Positions 21,185 to 32,755 are shown, counted from the first letter of the stretch. The stretch is 64,000 bases of DNA from an uncultured Methanomicrobiales archaeon (GCA_963758915.1 CAVWXH010000015.1:64001-128000), one strand, 5' to 3'. The notes: generated from the letters alone by a model not told the origin. Numbers and translations: made by a program.

Positions 21185-21633
21185 TCGTCTTTTTATCTTT
21201 GTACTATTGTCATATAATTAATCGCGTCACGGCATGGATTTTTGGACATCGAATGAAGCAATTACAGAAAGTCCGGGATATAACAAACCGGCACCATTCA
21301 ATCCAGCCCACACACATTGTTGGCATACGTTGATGGTTTTTTTTTACCGGGTCTGCATCCCTCTGTCAGATTGCGACAGTATTACCACTGCAGTCAGCAG
21401 CGGGCTCACCCCGGCAGCACTGCTATGGCATTCCAGATAGTGGTTCCGGATTTAACTCAAAGCGTACCAGCATTACATGGTCGCCCTTGCAACCATGCAG
21501 GAAGAGCAGGAAAATTTTGAGGACTTCCGGATTTTCCAGGTCATATGTAACACTCATCGCAGGCCATTGAGGGTTATTGTTCCATCCCCGATCTAAAATC
21601 CTATATCGGCAGCAGGGGATAGTATTAGATCAG

Positions 21634-23052
21634 ATGCTTGACACCGAGACCATTGTCCAGCGGTTCCTCGATACCAAATTACAGGTGCACCCTGAAGTGG
21701 TGAGATATCTCGCCGAAAAAGGGGACACCGACCTGCTGGAACGCGTGGTTTCTGCTGTCCCGGGTGACACCATAGTCGTGCTGGCACAGCATGTTCCGGG
21801 AATGGGTCTTTCAAAAGACGGGACGCGGTTTCTGACTGACCCGGAAGTCGAGATAATCAACGGCAGTGAGGGGTCGTCCGGGGGCGTCCTCGGGGTAGCA
21901 GATTATCTCCATTATTTCCGGCACCGTTATGATTGTCTCGGGGGGCTCATCCGGAGCAGGTGCAGTGCCATGCCCATCGAGGCATTGAAGAAGCCACGGT
22001 ACCGGGAGGAGAAATGCACGATTATCGGGCTTGTTTCAGAGGTAAAAAGCACCACAAAGGGTCACCGCCGGGTTGACGTGGAAGATGCGACAGGGACCGT
22101 GGCAGTACTCTTCAACAAGGACAGGCCGGGCTTTGCCGATGCTGAAACGTTGCTCCCGGATGAAGTCATAGGTGTGAAAGGGTCGCTCTCATCTGATGGA
22201 AAAATGCTGTTTGCTGACCAGCTCATGAGACCTGATATTCCCCACAGCCATGCACCTTATACGAGCGAAAGTCCCGGCAAAGCGGTGTTGATCTCTGATA
22301 TTCACGTGGGCAGTGACACATTTCTCGATGGTGCCTGGGACAGGTTTTCAGAATGGGTCCGCGGGGCGGATGTCTCCTATCTCCTGTGTGCGGGAGACCT
22401 TGTGGATGGGATCGGTATTTACCCGGGGCAGGAGGCAGAACTCACGATTAAGAACATCTACGAGCAGTATGACTTCCTCGGGGAACTGCTCCAGTCACTG
22501 CCGTCCCGGTTGAAAATTATCCTCGCTCCCGGCAACCACGATGTGGTCCGGGGGGCCGAACCACAACCCGCAATCCCGAGAAAATTTACCGGGAAATTCC
22601 CTGATAATTGTGTATTTGTCGAAAATCCGGCTCTCGTCAGCCTCCAGGGGGTCAGGGTGCTGATGTACCACGGGAGGTCAATCGACGACCAGATCGGGCT
22701 GACACCGGGTGCTTCGTACGAGAACCCGTCACCGATGATGGAGTGGATGCTCAAACGCCGCCACCTCGCACCTACGTACGGGAGAAAGACCCCAATCGCT
22801 GCTGACCGGCAGGACCACCTGATGATCGATCCCATCCCCGAAGTACTCATGACCGGCCATGTTCACGTAATGGGGATCGTCCAGTACCATGGAACACTTG
22901 CAATCAACGCAGGGACATGGCAGTCCCAGACAGCATTCCAGAAGCAGATGAATATCAATCCCACTCCTGCACGGGCGGTTGTCCTTGACCTGCAGACGCT
23001 GGCACCTACCATATATGACTTCAGTGGCGACGAAATGGTCGTTCTTGGATAA
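21634..23052 (+). CDS. polB: DNA polymerase D small (exonuclease) subunit DP1
   Basis: OB fold; calcineurin-like motifs SDIHVGS, AGDLVDGIGIYPGQ, PGNHD, YHGRS, RRHLAP, TGHVH. Confidence 0.95.
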   Translation: MLDTETIVQRFLDTKLQVHPEVVRYLAEKGDTDLLERVVSAVPGDTIVVLAQHVPGMGLSKDGTRFLTDPEVEIINGSEGSSGGVLGVADYLHYFRHRYDCLGGLIRSRCSAMPIEALKKPRYREEKCTIIGLVSEVKSTTKGHRRVDVEDATGTVAVLFNKDRPGFADAETLLPDEVIGVKGSLSSDGKMLFADQLMRPDIPHSHAPYTSESPGKAVLISDIHVGSDTFLDGAWDRFSEWVRGADVSYLLCAGDLVDGIGIYPGQEAELTIKNIYEQYDFLGELLQSLPSRLKIILAPGNHDVVRGAEPQPAIPRKFTGKFPDNCVFVENPALVSLQGVRVLMYHGRSIDDQIGLTPGASYENPSPMMEWMLKRRHLAPTYGRKTPIAADRQDHLMIDPIPEVLMTGHVHVMGIVQYHGTLAINAGTWQSQTAFQKQMNINPTPARAVVLDLQTLAPTIYDFSGDEMVVLG

Positions 23053-23219
23053 CGTTCATCCTCCTGACAAAGGATACCGGTAATGATGGTGACCATCATC
23101 ACCTGCTTTTATAAAAATACTATATGAAATGTCCTATTAAAAATCACGTTGCATCAGGTAGAGATTTTTTCCAAAAATAGGCAGATATCAGCCGGATAAA
23201 AAAAAATGTTGCCTGTTCA

Positions 23220-25277
23220 TCAGATGAACAGGGGTGCAAGTACCAGGGTAAGGGTCGCCAGGAGCTTGATAAGCACATGGAGGGAAGGTCCTGCAGTGTC
23301 TTTGAACGGGTCACCAACGGTGTCACCGACTACTGCAGCCTTGTGGGCCTCGCTTCCCTTGCCACCGAGTGCACCACTCTCGATGTATTTCTTGGCATTG
23401 TCCCATGCACCACCGCTGTTGTTCAGCACCAGTGCCATGAGGACACCGGTAATGGTGGCGACCATCAGGAAACCGGCCATTGCCTCGTATTTTAACGCAA
23501 AGCCGACAAACACGGGGAACGCGATTGCGATGAAACCCGGGAGGATCATGTTCTTGAGTGCACCTTTTGTGGTGATGTCAACACAACTTGCGTAGTCAGG
23601 TTTGACAGTCCCTTCAAGGATTCCCTTATCCTTGAACTGGCGCCTGACGTCCTGGATAATATACTGTGCAGTTTCTCCAACGGCCCTTATTGCAAGGGAC
23701 GCAAAGAGGAACACGAGCATCGCCCCAAGAAGTGCACCGACGAATACCGGAACAAGGGCCAGGTTTACACTGACAAAGGGCTTGCCGGTAAGTACCGTAA
23801 CCTCACCCATGTAGGCACTAAAGAGCAGGAACGCTGCAAGTGCTGCAGAACCCACGGCATACCCCTTGGTAAGTGCTTTCGTGGTGTTTCCTGCTGCATC
23901 GAGACGTGAGATCCTCTTCTGAGTCTCTTCGGACTCCCCGCTCATCTCAACAATACCACCGGCATTGTCAACGATAGGTCCGAACGTGTCCATCGCGAGG
24001 ATGTAGGCACAGGTGGAAAGCATACCGACTGTTGCAACCGCGGTACCGTAGAGACCACCATTGGTCACTCCGGACAATTCACCGAGCTTGAATGATACGA
24101 TCAGGGCAATGCCGATTGCAATAGCCGATATAGCGGTTGTTTCGAGACCGACCGCAAATCCTGAAATGATGTTCGTCCCGGGGCCGGTTTTTGAGGCTTC
24201 AGCAATTGACTTGACCGGGCGGTACTTGTGATCCGTGTAATAAAGAGTCAGGTATACGAACACGATGGAGAGAGCTATTCCGACAAGTCCCGCATAGAAG
24301 AACCAGATATTATTGAACAACCAGATCGTTGCGACATAGAGGAAGACCGCAGAAAGGATTGCCGTGACAAAAAACCCGCGGTATAATGCTTTCATCGGGT
24401 CTTCGTTGTCAGCGAGCTTCTCGGTGACAAAGAATATTCCCACGATCGTGGCAATCAGGCCGAAAGCCCCCATCACCAGCGGGAAAAGTATTCCGTTCAG
24501 ACCGAATACCGGGAAGAGCGCCACCCCGAGGATCATGGCCCCGATGTTCTCAGCGGCTGTCGATTCAAACAGGTCTGCTCCACGACCGGCGCAGTCACCG
24601 ACATTATCTCCAACAAGGTCGGCAATTACGGCCGGGTTTCTCGGGTCATCTTCCGGGATCCCAGCTTCAATCTTTCCTACAAGGTCAGCACCCACATCGG
24701 CAGCTTTCGTGTATATCCCACCGCCAAGCTGGGCAAAGAGTGCAATGAATGAAGCACCAAAGGCGAACCCGACGATAAGGAACGGGGTCGTAATGGGGTC
24801 TGCACCAAAGGCGTAGAATATTAACGAGACTCCAAGAAGCGAGAGGGATACGATGGTGAGACCTGATACGGCCCCACCCCTGAGCGCAAGAACAACCGAT
24901 TTTCCCGCATTCTTGGTTGCTGCCGCCGCCGAACGAAGATTTGCACGGACAGATATCCACATGCCGATAATGCCGGAGAGAGAGGAGAGAAATGCTCCCA
25001 GCAGGAATGCCACGGCGGTTTGCCAGGCAATTGTGAAGTTACCTGAGATCATGTATGCAGCAAACAGTAAAATCGCCACAACGATCGCGAGGACCGCAAT
25101 GGTCGAATACTGTCGCTTCAGGAAGGCTTCAGCCCCTTCACGGATGGCAGCCGCTACTTCGGCCATCTTCACGCTTCCGGTCTCTGCCCTGAGCACCTGC
25201 CGGGCAAAAAGCCCTGCAATGGCAAGTGCAACCAGGCATACCACCGAAATAAACACCAGTAAATTCAATTGGTACAA
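23220..25277 (-). CDS. hppA: Membrane-bound H+-translocating pyrophosphatase, predicted K+-independent
   Basis: GGGIYTKAADVGADLVGK, EDDPRN, DNVGD, GNTTKA (Lys variant), GDTVGDPFKD; TTG start after GAGGTGA. Confidence 0.93.
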   Translation of the reverse strand: MYQLNLLVFISVVCLVALAIAGLFARQVLRAETGSVKMAEVAAAIREGAEAFLKRQYSTIAVLAIVVAILLFAAYMISGNFTIAWQTAVAFLLGAFLSSLSGIIGMWISVRANLRSAAAATKNAGKSVVLALRGGAVSGLTIVSLSLLGVSLIFYAFGADPITTPFLIVGFAFGASFIALFAQLGGGIYTKAADVGADLVGKIEAGIPEDDPRNPAVIADLVGDNVGDCAGRGADLFESTAAENIGAMILGVALFPVFGLNGILFPLVMGAFGLIATIVGIFFVTEKLADNEDPMKALYRGFFVTAILSAVFLYVATIWLFNNIWFFYAGLVGIALSIVFVYLTLYYTDHKYRPVKSIAEASKTGPGTNIISGFAVGLETTAISAIAIGIALIVSFKLGELSGVTNGGLYGTAVATVGMLSTCAYILAMDTFGPIVDNAGGIVEMSGESEETQKRISRLDAAGNTTKALTKGYAVGSAALAAFLLFSAYMGEVTVLTGKPFVSVNLALVPVFVGALLGAMLVFLFASLAIRAVGETAQYIIQDVRRQFKDKGILEGTVKPDYASCVDITTKGALKNMILPGFIAIAFPVFVGFALKYEAMAGFLMVATITGVLMALVLNNSGGAWDNAKKYIESGALGGKGSEAHKAAVVGDTVGDPFKDTAGPSLHVLIKLLATLTLVLAPLFI

Positions 25278-25617
25278 CTATCGTCACCTCTCATAATTCG
25301 CATAATGAGATTCTGAAATTATTTCTTTTAAAATGGTAAAAAATATTGCCTGCACCATTATGCTGATATAAGAGGTCCTGGTACACCTGGTGTTCGGAAT
25401 ACTGCCCGTGAAATGGGATAACGGTGATTTTAACGGGTGATTGCTCCCGGATTTGCAAAAATAATAGGTACAGCTGTTACGGTCCGTTATTCCTAAAAAT
25501 GTGAACATTTCATCTGCCGCTCACGATGTTTTTTTTGCAATTACCTGGTACAATAATATTAAGATTGCTTATTCCCATGATTTATATGTCCAGCCAGACG
25601 AGAGGAAACTACCTGAA

Positions 25618-27969
25618 ATGAAAGCAAGGGTTAAGATCGACGAGTTGATTGGTGACGATATCAGGGCTCACGGGGTCGAACTCGATATCGGGCGGATCAT
25701 CAGGGGGTGGGAGGAGAGACCTGGCCCTACGCGTATGCCGGGTATCGGGGATCTCCGGGAATGGGACCATAAACTCCTGAAGAAATACCCACCCCATTAT
25801 CTCCCGTTCTGTGACCTTTGCTGCCTATGCACCATGGGAAAATGTGACCTTTCCCGGGGGAAGCGCGGGGCCTGCGGGATAGATATGGCCGCACAGCAGT
25901 CCCGTATCGTGCTGCTCTCGGCATCAATAGGAACCGCAACGCATACGGGGCACGCACGTCATCTTCTCGAACACCTGATCGAAACATCGGGCCGTGACCA
26001 CCATCTCGATATTGGCGCGTCTGTAAACCTGGAAGCCCCGAATATCAGGCTTGTAACCGGAATTAAGCCGATTACCCTTGGAGATCTCGAAGATGTGCTC
26101 GATTATTGCGAGAAGGAGATTACCCAGCTCCTCGCCTGCTGCCATACCGGGCAGGAAGGTAATAATATCGATTTTGAGTCCAAGGTCTTCCATGCAGGGA
26201 TGATCGATCACGTCGCAATGGAAGCTGCCGACATCGCACAGATATCATCATTTAATTTCCCAAAAGGTGACCCGGTGGCAGCACTCGTTGATATCGGTAT
26301 CGGTTGCGTGGACCCCGCCAAACCCTCAATTCTTGTCATTGGCCATAACGTAGCCCCTTCGGTTGAGATCACGGATTACATGCGCGAACACGGTCTTGAG
26401 GATGCAATTGACCTGGCCGGGATCTGCTGTACCGCCCTTGATCTCACACGATACAATAACCAGGCAAAGATTGTCGGCCCTCTCTCGCACCAGATACGGT
26501 TTATTCGTTACGGGGGCGCTGATGTAATCGTAATCGATGAACAGTGTGTCAGAACGGATGTGGTGATTGAAGCGGAAAAAGTAAATGCACCGGTAATAGC
26601 GACAAGTTGTAAAAACTTCCAGGGGCTCCCGGACAGGACCCGTGACACGGTCGACAGCATTGTCGGGGATATTATCAATGGTAAAAGCATTGGTGCAGCA
26701 ATTCTCGACCCTGTAAAGGCAGGTGAGGTGGCAGTCCGCCTTGCAACGGCCATGTTCCCGAAAAGGAAAAAATTCCGTGCGATTCCTGACGAGGCCACCA
26801 TTGCCGCTGCCGCAAAGACCTGTGGCGGGTGTGACAACTGCAGGAGGGTATGTCCCAATGATCTCCCCCTTGCAGAGGCTATCGCAGCTGCCGGGAAGGG
26901 AAACCTGAGCCTCCTCGGTGAACTGTACGAGTCGTGTATCGGTTGTACAAGGTGTGAAGGTGAAGGTGTCTGCGCAAAGGGCCTCATGCCCCACACGATG
27001 ATCCTCGGTGCATCACGGATCCGGATGGGGAAAGAGAAGTTCCGGGTCCGGTGCGGAAGGGGACCAATACAGGACACTGAGATCCGCGCAGTCGGCGGCC
27101 CGATTGTGATGGGTGAAGTCCCGGGTGTACTCGGGATGGTCGGGTGTTCGAATAACCCGGGCTCATGGAAGGATGTAGGCTTTATCGCTGAAGAATTCTT
27201 AAAAAGGCGTTATATTGTGACCACCTCGGGCTGTGCCGCAATGCAGATCGGTATGTATACGACAGAAGACGGGCTGGGACTCTATGAGGCGTACCCCGGG
27301 ACCTTCGATGCGGGAGGTCTCGTCAACTGCGGTTCCTGCGTTTCAAACGCCCACATATCGGGGGCTGCGATTAAAATCGCGAGCATTTTTGCGAGAAGAC
27401 AGTTGAATTCAAATTATGAAGAGATCGCAGATTATGTCCATAACCGTGTCGGGGCTGTCGGGATCGCATGGGGTGCGATGTCCCAGAAGGCATCTTCCAT
27501 TGCTGCAGGGTTCTGGCGTCTCGGAATACCCGTCATCGTCGGACCGCACGGCGCAAAATACCGGAGAATGCTCCTAGGCCGGAAGGACCACGACGAGGAC
27601 TGGGAGGTTATTGATGCAAGGACCGGGGAACGGGTCTACGCAGCACCCACTCCTGAGCACCTGTTCGCCGTCGCCGAGACACGTGAAGAAGCAATGGTGC
27701 TCATACCGAAACTCTGCATGAGGCCAAGCGACACGACAAAGGGCAGGTCTATCAAGCTGAACCATTACATCGATCTCCACAGGAAATTCTTCGGGGTTAT
27801 GCCGGATGATATGCACCTGTTTGTGCGTACCACCGCTGATATTCCGGTGGCGATGAAGGATGACATCCAGAAAGCCCTGCGACAGACAGACTGGAAAGAA
27901 GGTGATGGCCGTATCCCTGACCCTACCCTGCTACCCCGGCTGGTACGAAAAGGGGGTGGGGCAGATTGA
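25618..27969 (+). CDS. cdhA: ACDS complex alpha subunit (CO dehydrogenase)
   Basis: CDLCCLCTMGKC, GHN, GICCT, DEQC, two ferredoxin motifs, GCSN, SGC, GSCVSN, PDPT C-terminus; likely ATG 25618. Confidence 0.95.
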   Translation: MKARVKIDELIGDDIRAHGVELDIGRIIRGWEERPGPTRMPGIGDLREWDHKLLKKYPPHYLPFCDLCCLCTMGKCDLSRGKRGACGIDMAAQQSRIVLLSASIGTATHTGHARHLLEHLIETSGRDHHLDIGASVNLEAPNIRLVTGIKPITLGDLEDVLDYCEKEITQLLACCHTGQEGNNIDFESKVFHAGMIDHVAMEAADIAQISSFNFPKGDPVAALVDIGIGCVDPAKPSILVIGHNVAPSVEITDYMREHGLEDAIDLAGICCTALDLTRYNNQAKIVGPLSHQIRFIRYGGADVIVIDEQCVRTDVVIEAEKVNAPVIATSCKNFQGLPDRTRDTVDSIVGDIINGKSIGAAILDPVKAGEVAVRLATAMFPKRKKFRAIPDEATIAAAAKTCGGCDNCRRVCPNDLPLAEAIAAAGKGNLSLLGELYESCIGCTRCEGEGVCAKGLMPHTMILGASRIRMGKEKFRVRCGRGPIQDTEIRAVGGPIVMGEVPGVLGMVGCSNNPGSWKDVGFIAEEFLKRRYIVTTSGCAAMQIGMYTTEDGLGLYEAYPGTFDAGGLVNCGSCVSNAHISGAAIKIASIFARRQLNSNYEEIADYVHNRVGAVGIAWGAMSQKASSIAAGFWRLGIPVIVGPHGAKYRRMLLGRKDHDEDWEVIDARTGERVYAAPTPEHLFAVAETREEAMVLIPKLCMRPSDTTKGRSIKLNHYIDLHRKFFGVMPDDMHLFVRTTADIPVAMKDDIQKALRQTDWKEGDGRIPDPTLLPRLVRKGGGAD

Positions 27970-28511
27970 CCGGTGATGAACCATGGCAGCGGTATGAGGT
28001 CCCGGGCAGCACCCAGTCAACGGTGGTTACAAAACCGGCTGTTATTGCAGCCCTGCTGAAAAAAGCATTACACCCGCTTATCGTTGTTGCCCATCATGCA
28101 GGGGCTCCGGCTGGCGCTGCAGGAAACCCCGTCGATACCATCATCCGTATTGCAGATGCAGGAAAGATTTCGGTTATTACGACACCATCAACCGCTCAGG
28201 CATTCAGGAAACGTGGTTTTACCCCGACCGCTACACTTTCAATAATGGAAATCGGATCACGGCTGAATGATCCGGAATGGAGCATCAGCGATGACCACCA
28301 GCACCCCGACCTCGTCCTGTTTATCGGTTTCCCCTATAGTATGGGATGGCTGCTCCAGTCAGGACTGAAATCATTCGCTCCGAAAGGGATCAGGTTTATT
28401 TCAATCGATCAGCGGTACCAGCCACATTGCACACTCTCATTTCCAAACCAGAGCAGGGATGAATGGTTGACAAACCTGAATGCAATCGCCGATGAGGTCG
28501 GCTGCACATGA
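27966..28511 (+). CDS. cdhB: ACDS complex epsilon subunit
   Basis: EPWQ N-terminus, KKALHPLIVV, DLVLFIG, SIDQRYQPHCTLSFPN; lies between cdhA and cdhC. Confidence 0.88.
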   Translation: MTGDEPWQRYEVPGSTQSTVVTKPAVIAALLKKALHPLIVVAHHAGAPAGAAGNPVDTIIRIADAGKISVITTPSTAQAFRKRGFTPTATLSIMEIGSRLNDPEWSISDDHQHPDLVLFIGFPYSMGWLLQSGLKSFAPKGIRFISIDQRYQPHCTLSFPNQSRDEWLTNLNAIADEVGCT

Positions 28512-29899
28512 CAACCGAAGGGATGTTTTCGGATATCCCGGTCGAAATCGGGGTCGTTTATGAAGGGGAACGTATTCGAAAACAAACGATGCATGTAGAG
28601 CTCGGAGGGCCACAGGTAAAAGAAAAATTTGAGATCCTCCGGGTGAAAAAACCGGAGGAGGTCCACGATGGGGAAGTACGGTTACTCGGTCCCGATCTTT
28701 CCGAGATGGCGGTTGGTGGAGCTATCCCCTTTGGTATCTGCGTTGAGGTTGCCGGTGCCCAGCTGGAGGCTGACATGGAAGCGGTCATGGAACGCCGTAT
28801 CCACGACTTCTGTAACTGGATCGAGGGGTTCATGCACCTGAACCAGAGGGACGGGATCTGGCTGCGGGTCGATAAAAAGGCGGTTGCCCGGGGCCTTACT
28901 CTCAACCATGTCGGAACCATACTGATCCGGCTTTTCCGTAGTGCTCTCCCAATTATCGACCGGATCAGCGTTACGTTGATCACCGATCCGGCGCTCGTGC
29001 ACCGCTGGCATACCGCAGCGGTACAGACCTACGAGGAACGCGACGCCAGAACGCGGGGCATGACCGATGAGGATGTGGATGTCTTCTATGGGTGTTCACT
29101 CTGCCAGTCATTTGCCCCCTCCCATGTCTGCGTGATCACCCCGGAGCGGTACGCCAACTGCGGTGCGATCAGCTGGCTCGACGGCCGGGCTGCCTCACGG
29201 GTTGACCCGAGGGGCCCGATTTACGAGATCCTGAAAGGAGTGTGCATTGACCCCGAAACCGGAGAATATGAAGGTGTAAACCGTGTTGTCAAGGAAAAAT
29301 CACTCTCTGATGTATCGAGAGTCCAGTTGTATACGGCGTTTGGTTATCCCCATACCTCGTGCGGGTGCTTTGAATGCACGACGTTTTATGTCCCTGAATG
29401 TGATGGCCTTGGGATTGTAAACCGGGACTTCCGGGGTGTGACCCCGACAGGACTGAGTTTCGGTTCCATTGCGGACTCAACAGGTGGCGGGAGGCAGGTG
29501 GATGGTTTCCACGGGCTCTCTTTCGAGTACATGAGGTCCCCGCGGTTTCTGCGGGCAAGTGGCGGATGGGAGCGGATCGTGTGGATGCCCTCTGATGTGC
29601 GGGAAAAACTGAAGGCATTTATCCCGTCCGACCTGTACGACCAGATCGCCACTGAAAAAGATGTAACATCCATGGATGAAATGATGGTTTTTCTCAGGGC
29701 ACACCATCATCCGATCATTGGCAGGACCGCGGGTGCTGAACTTAACATTTCAGATACTGCCGGGACCACTACTGAAAGCAAACGGGAAATTCGTGATGCC
29801 CGTTCCTTATCACAGGGGCCAGGGGCTGGCGTCTCGATTACGTTTCATAATATCCGGCTCCACGCGGACCGGGTGTTTGTAAGAAAAGGGAGGAAATAA
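28508..29899 (+). CDS. cdhC: ACDS complex beta subunit (acetyl-CoA synthase)
   Basis: YEGERIRK, FYGCSLCQSFAPSHVC, CGAISW, HTSCGCFE A-cluster ligands. Confidence 0.95.
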   Translation: MTTEGMFSDIPVEIGVVYEGERIRKQTMHVELGGPQVKEKFEILRVKKPEEVHDGEVRLLGPDLSEMAVGGAIPFGICVEVAGAQLEADMEAVMERRIHDFCNWIEGFMHLNQRDGIWLRVDKKAVARGLTLNHVGTILIRLFRSALPIIDRISVTLITDPALVHRWHTAAVQTYEERDARTRGMTDEDVDVFYGCSLCQSFAPSHVCVITPERYANCGAISWLDGRAASRVDPRGPIYEILKGVCIDPETGEYEGVNRVVKEKSLSDVSRVQLYTAFGYPHTSCGCFECTTFYVPECDGLGIVNRDFRGVTPTGLSFGSIADSTGGGRQVDGFHGLSFEYMRSPRFLRASGGWERIVWMPSDVREKLKAFIPSDLYDQIATEKDVTSMDEMMVFLRAHHHPIIGRTAGAELNISDTAGTTTESKREIRDARSLSQGPGAGVSITFHNIRLHADRVFVRKGRK

Positions 29900-31075
29900 A
29901 TGGAAAACGGGCAGGATGCACTGATCCGGAGCCTGATAAAACTCCTTGCGGGTGATGGCGAATTAGAACTGGAAGGTGTCACGCTGACGGCAAAGGAGCT
30001 CACGGTCTCTTTGGCAGATCTTTCGGGGTTCCAGGCGGTTACCGGCCTTGTGCCGGTGCCGGCTCCATTGGCCGGGCTTGTGGATATAGGGTATACTGCT
30101 CCGGTCCGTTCGTACCCTGGAAAAATCCGGGAAGTAATACTCGGATCAACCCGGGGAGACGGCGGAAGCCGCGTGAAATCGGTGGCCATCGGGGGGGCAT
30201 CAAAGCCACCATTCCACTTGTTCGAGGGGACAGACCCCCATTCCCCTGTGGTCGCCGGGAGTGTATTCGATATTGTCCCACCGCTCCCTGGCCCGGTTAA
30301 AGAATCGTTCGGGGATGCCCTCGAGGACCCCTGTGCCTGGGCAAAGGCCTGGGTCGACCGCTATGGCGCAGACTTAATCGACCTTGACCTGATCAGCACA
30401 GACCCGTACCTCAAGGATACCCCCGTGAAGCGTGCCGTCAGCCTTGTTGAAGACCTCCTCCAGGCAGTGGATGTGCCACTCATCATCGGCGGATCGGGAA
30501 ATCCGGAGAAAGATGCAAAACTCCTTCCTAAAGTAGCTGAAGTATGTGCCGGGGAACGGATCCTTCTTTCATCAGCCACCATGAGCATGTGGGAACCGGT
30601 GGCAAAGGCCGCACAGGAATTTAACCATGTTGTCCTCGCCTGGAGCCCGATTGATATTAACCAGGCCAAGGAGCTGAACCGCAAGCTGATGGGGTACCTG
30701 CCTCCCGACCAGATCATCATGGACCCGACATCTGCGGCACTCGGGTACGGACTGGAGTATTCGTTCTCGGTAATGGAACGCATACGTTACGCAGGCCTGA
30801 TGGGCGACAAAGAGCTCCAGTGCCCGATGGCTTCAGGGACTGCAAATTCATGGGGTGCACGCGAGGCCTGGAAACGGGATGCGGGACTTGGACCCCGGGA
30901 GTACCGGGGCCCGTTGTGGGAAACAACCGGAGCCCTTGCATTCCTCCTTGCAGGTATTGACCTGTTTATCATGGTACATCCCGGAGGGGCAAGGACTATT
31001 GAGGACATCGTCGGATGGCTTGCAGATGGAATAAACCCCCCGACGTTCCCTGATTTTATCGGGGTGGGGCATTAG
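29900..31075 (+). CDS. cdhD: ACDS complex delta subunit (corrinoid Fe-S protein small subunit)
   Basis: PLIIGGSGNPEKD, DINQAKELN, MDPTSAALGYGLEYS, AWKR, GPLWE. Confidence 0.93.
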   Translation: MENGQDALIRSLIKLLAGDGELELEGVTLTAKELTVSLADLSGFQAVTGLVPVPAPLAGLVDIGYTAPVRSYPGKIREVILGSTRGDGGSRVKSVAIGGASKPPFHLFEGTDPHSPVVAGSVFDIVPPLPGPVKESFGDALEDPCAWAKAWVDRYGADLIDLDLISTDPYLKDTPVKRAVSLVEDLLQAVDVPLIIGGSGNPEKDAKLLPKVAEVCAGERILLSSATMSMWEPVAKAAQEFNHVVLAWSPIDINQAKELNRKLMGYLPPDQIIMDPTSAALGYGLEYSFSVMERIRYAGLMGDKELQCPMASGTANSWGAREAWKRDAGLGPREYRGPLWETTGALAFLLAGIDLFIMVHPGGARTIEDIVGWLADGINPPTFPDFIGVGH

Positions 31076-31085
31076 GAGGGACAAA

Positions 31086-32519
31086 ATGACGAAGAAGAAA
31101 CTAGGCCCGATGAATCTTTACCCGCTCCTTCCCCGCACCAACTGTGGGGAGTGTCTCCCTAAGACCTGCATGGGGTTTGCTGTCCAGCTCTGTGAGCGGG
31201 GCCTGACACTTGCCCAGTGTCCCCCGCTTGTAGACCCAAAATTCCAGGTAAACCTCGAAAAACTCGAGGCACTCCTTGCCCCACCGGTAAAAGAGGTAGC
31301 GATTGGCAGGGGGGGCCGGGAGATCAGGGTCGGGGGTCAGCTCGTCATCCACCGCCACGAGCTCCGCTACTTTAACAAGACTGCGATCTTCACGACGGTG
31401 GATGACACGATGGCCGCAGATGATATTGCTAACCGTGTCAGGGAGACCAGTTCGTTTTCTTATCCTTATATCGGTCAAACCCTGAAGCTTGATGGTATCA
31501 CCATCCGTTCGATTTCCGGTGATGCCGACAGCTTTCGAAAAACTGTTGAGATGGTGAAGGGGCAGACAGAGATGCCACTGGTCCTCTGGTCATCTGATCC
31601 GGTTATCATGGCGGCCGGACTCGGGGTGGCAGGAGAGAGCAGACCACTCATATACGCCGCCGATGAATTAAACTGGGAACAGATGGCTGAACTGGCCATT
31701 GATTCCGGATGCCCCCTTGCAGTCCATGCCGATGGAAATGTCGGTACAATACGGTCGCTTATCTCTGCAATTTCAGACAGGGGAGTTAAAAATCTCCTTA
31801 TTGACCCGGGGTGTGGGTTCGGGGAGGCGCTTCCGAGGTCTCTCGATAACATGACCATGATCAGGACTTCGGCAATTTCCGGCGATGATTCACTGCTGGG
31901 GCACCCCCTTATAGGTTCCCCGGTGACCCTCTGGGACCAGGGAAATTCCCTCCCGGATGAGTCAATCCGTTGGATGGAGTCCTGCCTTGCATCAATGATG
32001 ACGATCCGGTACGCGGATCTTATGATCATCAGGGACCCGTCGATGTGGTCAACGCTACCCCTGGTAGTCCTTGTCAATAACCTGTACAATGACCCGAGAA
32101 AGCCGGTGAGTGTTGAGCCCGGACTCCGGGTATTCGGCACTCCTGACCCGGTAACAAGCCCCGTGCTGATTACGTCAAACTTTGCCCTTACCTATTACAC
32201 GGTCCTCTCGGACATTGAAAAACTCAACTGTTACCTGCTGGTGGCAGATACCGAAGGCCTTTCTGTTGACTCAGCAGTTGCAGGGAGAAAATTCAATGCC
32301 CAGAAAGTAGCCGATGTAATCAGTTCATCGGGTATTTCTGAAAAAGTCACCCACAGGACCCTGATAATCCCGGGCCTCGCTGCACGCCTGAAAGGTGATA
32401 TAGAGGATGCAATAAAATGGGATGTCATGGTGGGCCCGCGTGATTCCGCAGGAATTCCCGGTTACCTCAGGGAGAAATGGGAAGGGGTCGATCATAAACC
32501 AGGGTGGAGTTACCGGTAG
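31086..32519 (+). CDS. cdhE: ACDS complex gamma subunit (corrinoid Fe-S protein large subunit)
   Basis: LPRTNCGEC..TCMGFA..CP, DPRKP, TSNFALTYYTV, LIIPGLAA, VGPRDS. Confidence 0.94.
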   Translation: MTKKKLGPMNLYPLLPRTNCGECLPKTCMGFAVQLCERGLTLAQCPPLVDPKFQVNLEKLEALLAPPVKEVAIGRGGREIRVGGQLVIHRHELRYFNKTAIFTTVDDTMAADDIANRVRETSSFSYPYIGQTLKLDGITIRSISGDADSFRKTVEMVKGQTEMPLVLWSSDPVIMAAGLGVAGESRPLIYAADELNWEQMAELAIDSGCPLAVHADGNVGTIRSLISAISDRGVKNLLIDPGCGFGEALPRSLDNMTMIRTSAISGDDSLLGHPLIGSPVTLWDQGNSLPDESIRWMESCLASMMTIRYADLMIIRDPSMWSTLPLVVLVNNLYNDPRKPVSVEPGLRVFGTPDPVTSPVLITSNFALTYYTVLSDIEKLNCYLLVADTEGLSVDSAVAGRKFNAQKVADVISSSGISEKVTHRTLIIPGLAARLKGDIEDAIKWDVMVGPRDSAGIPGYLREKWEGVDHKPGWSYR

Positions 32520-32755
32520 AAATTGCCACCCTCTTCCCGGTTTCTGGTGGTGAATGATGTCGCATAACACAATTTGCGGCCATGCGTGTCCTGTCCGGGG
32601 GATTATGCGGGGCCGGAGGAGCATGACCGTGAGATGCGATCCGATTACCTCTGATATCCCACGTACAGCAACAATGAAAGGATACATCATGTGGAAGAAC
32701 GACTGCACCGCATTTCTTACGCTCGCCTGTTATTTCCAACCCTGGTGGATGGCAT

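Noticed and set aside
21185-21633. Second origin or ncRNA between sec11 and DP1
   Set aside because: No convincing ORB, tRNA fold or repeat; compatible with a divergent promoter region.
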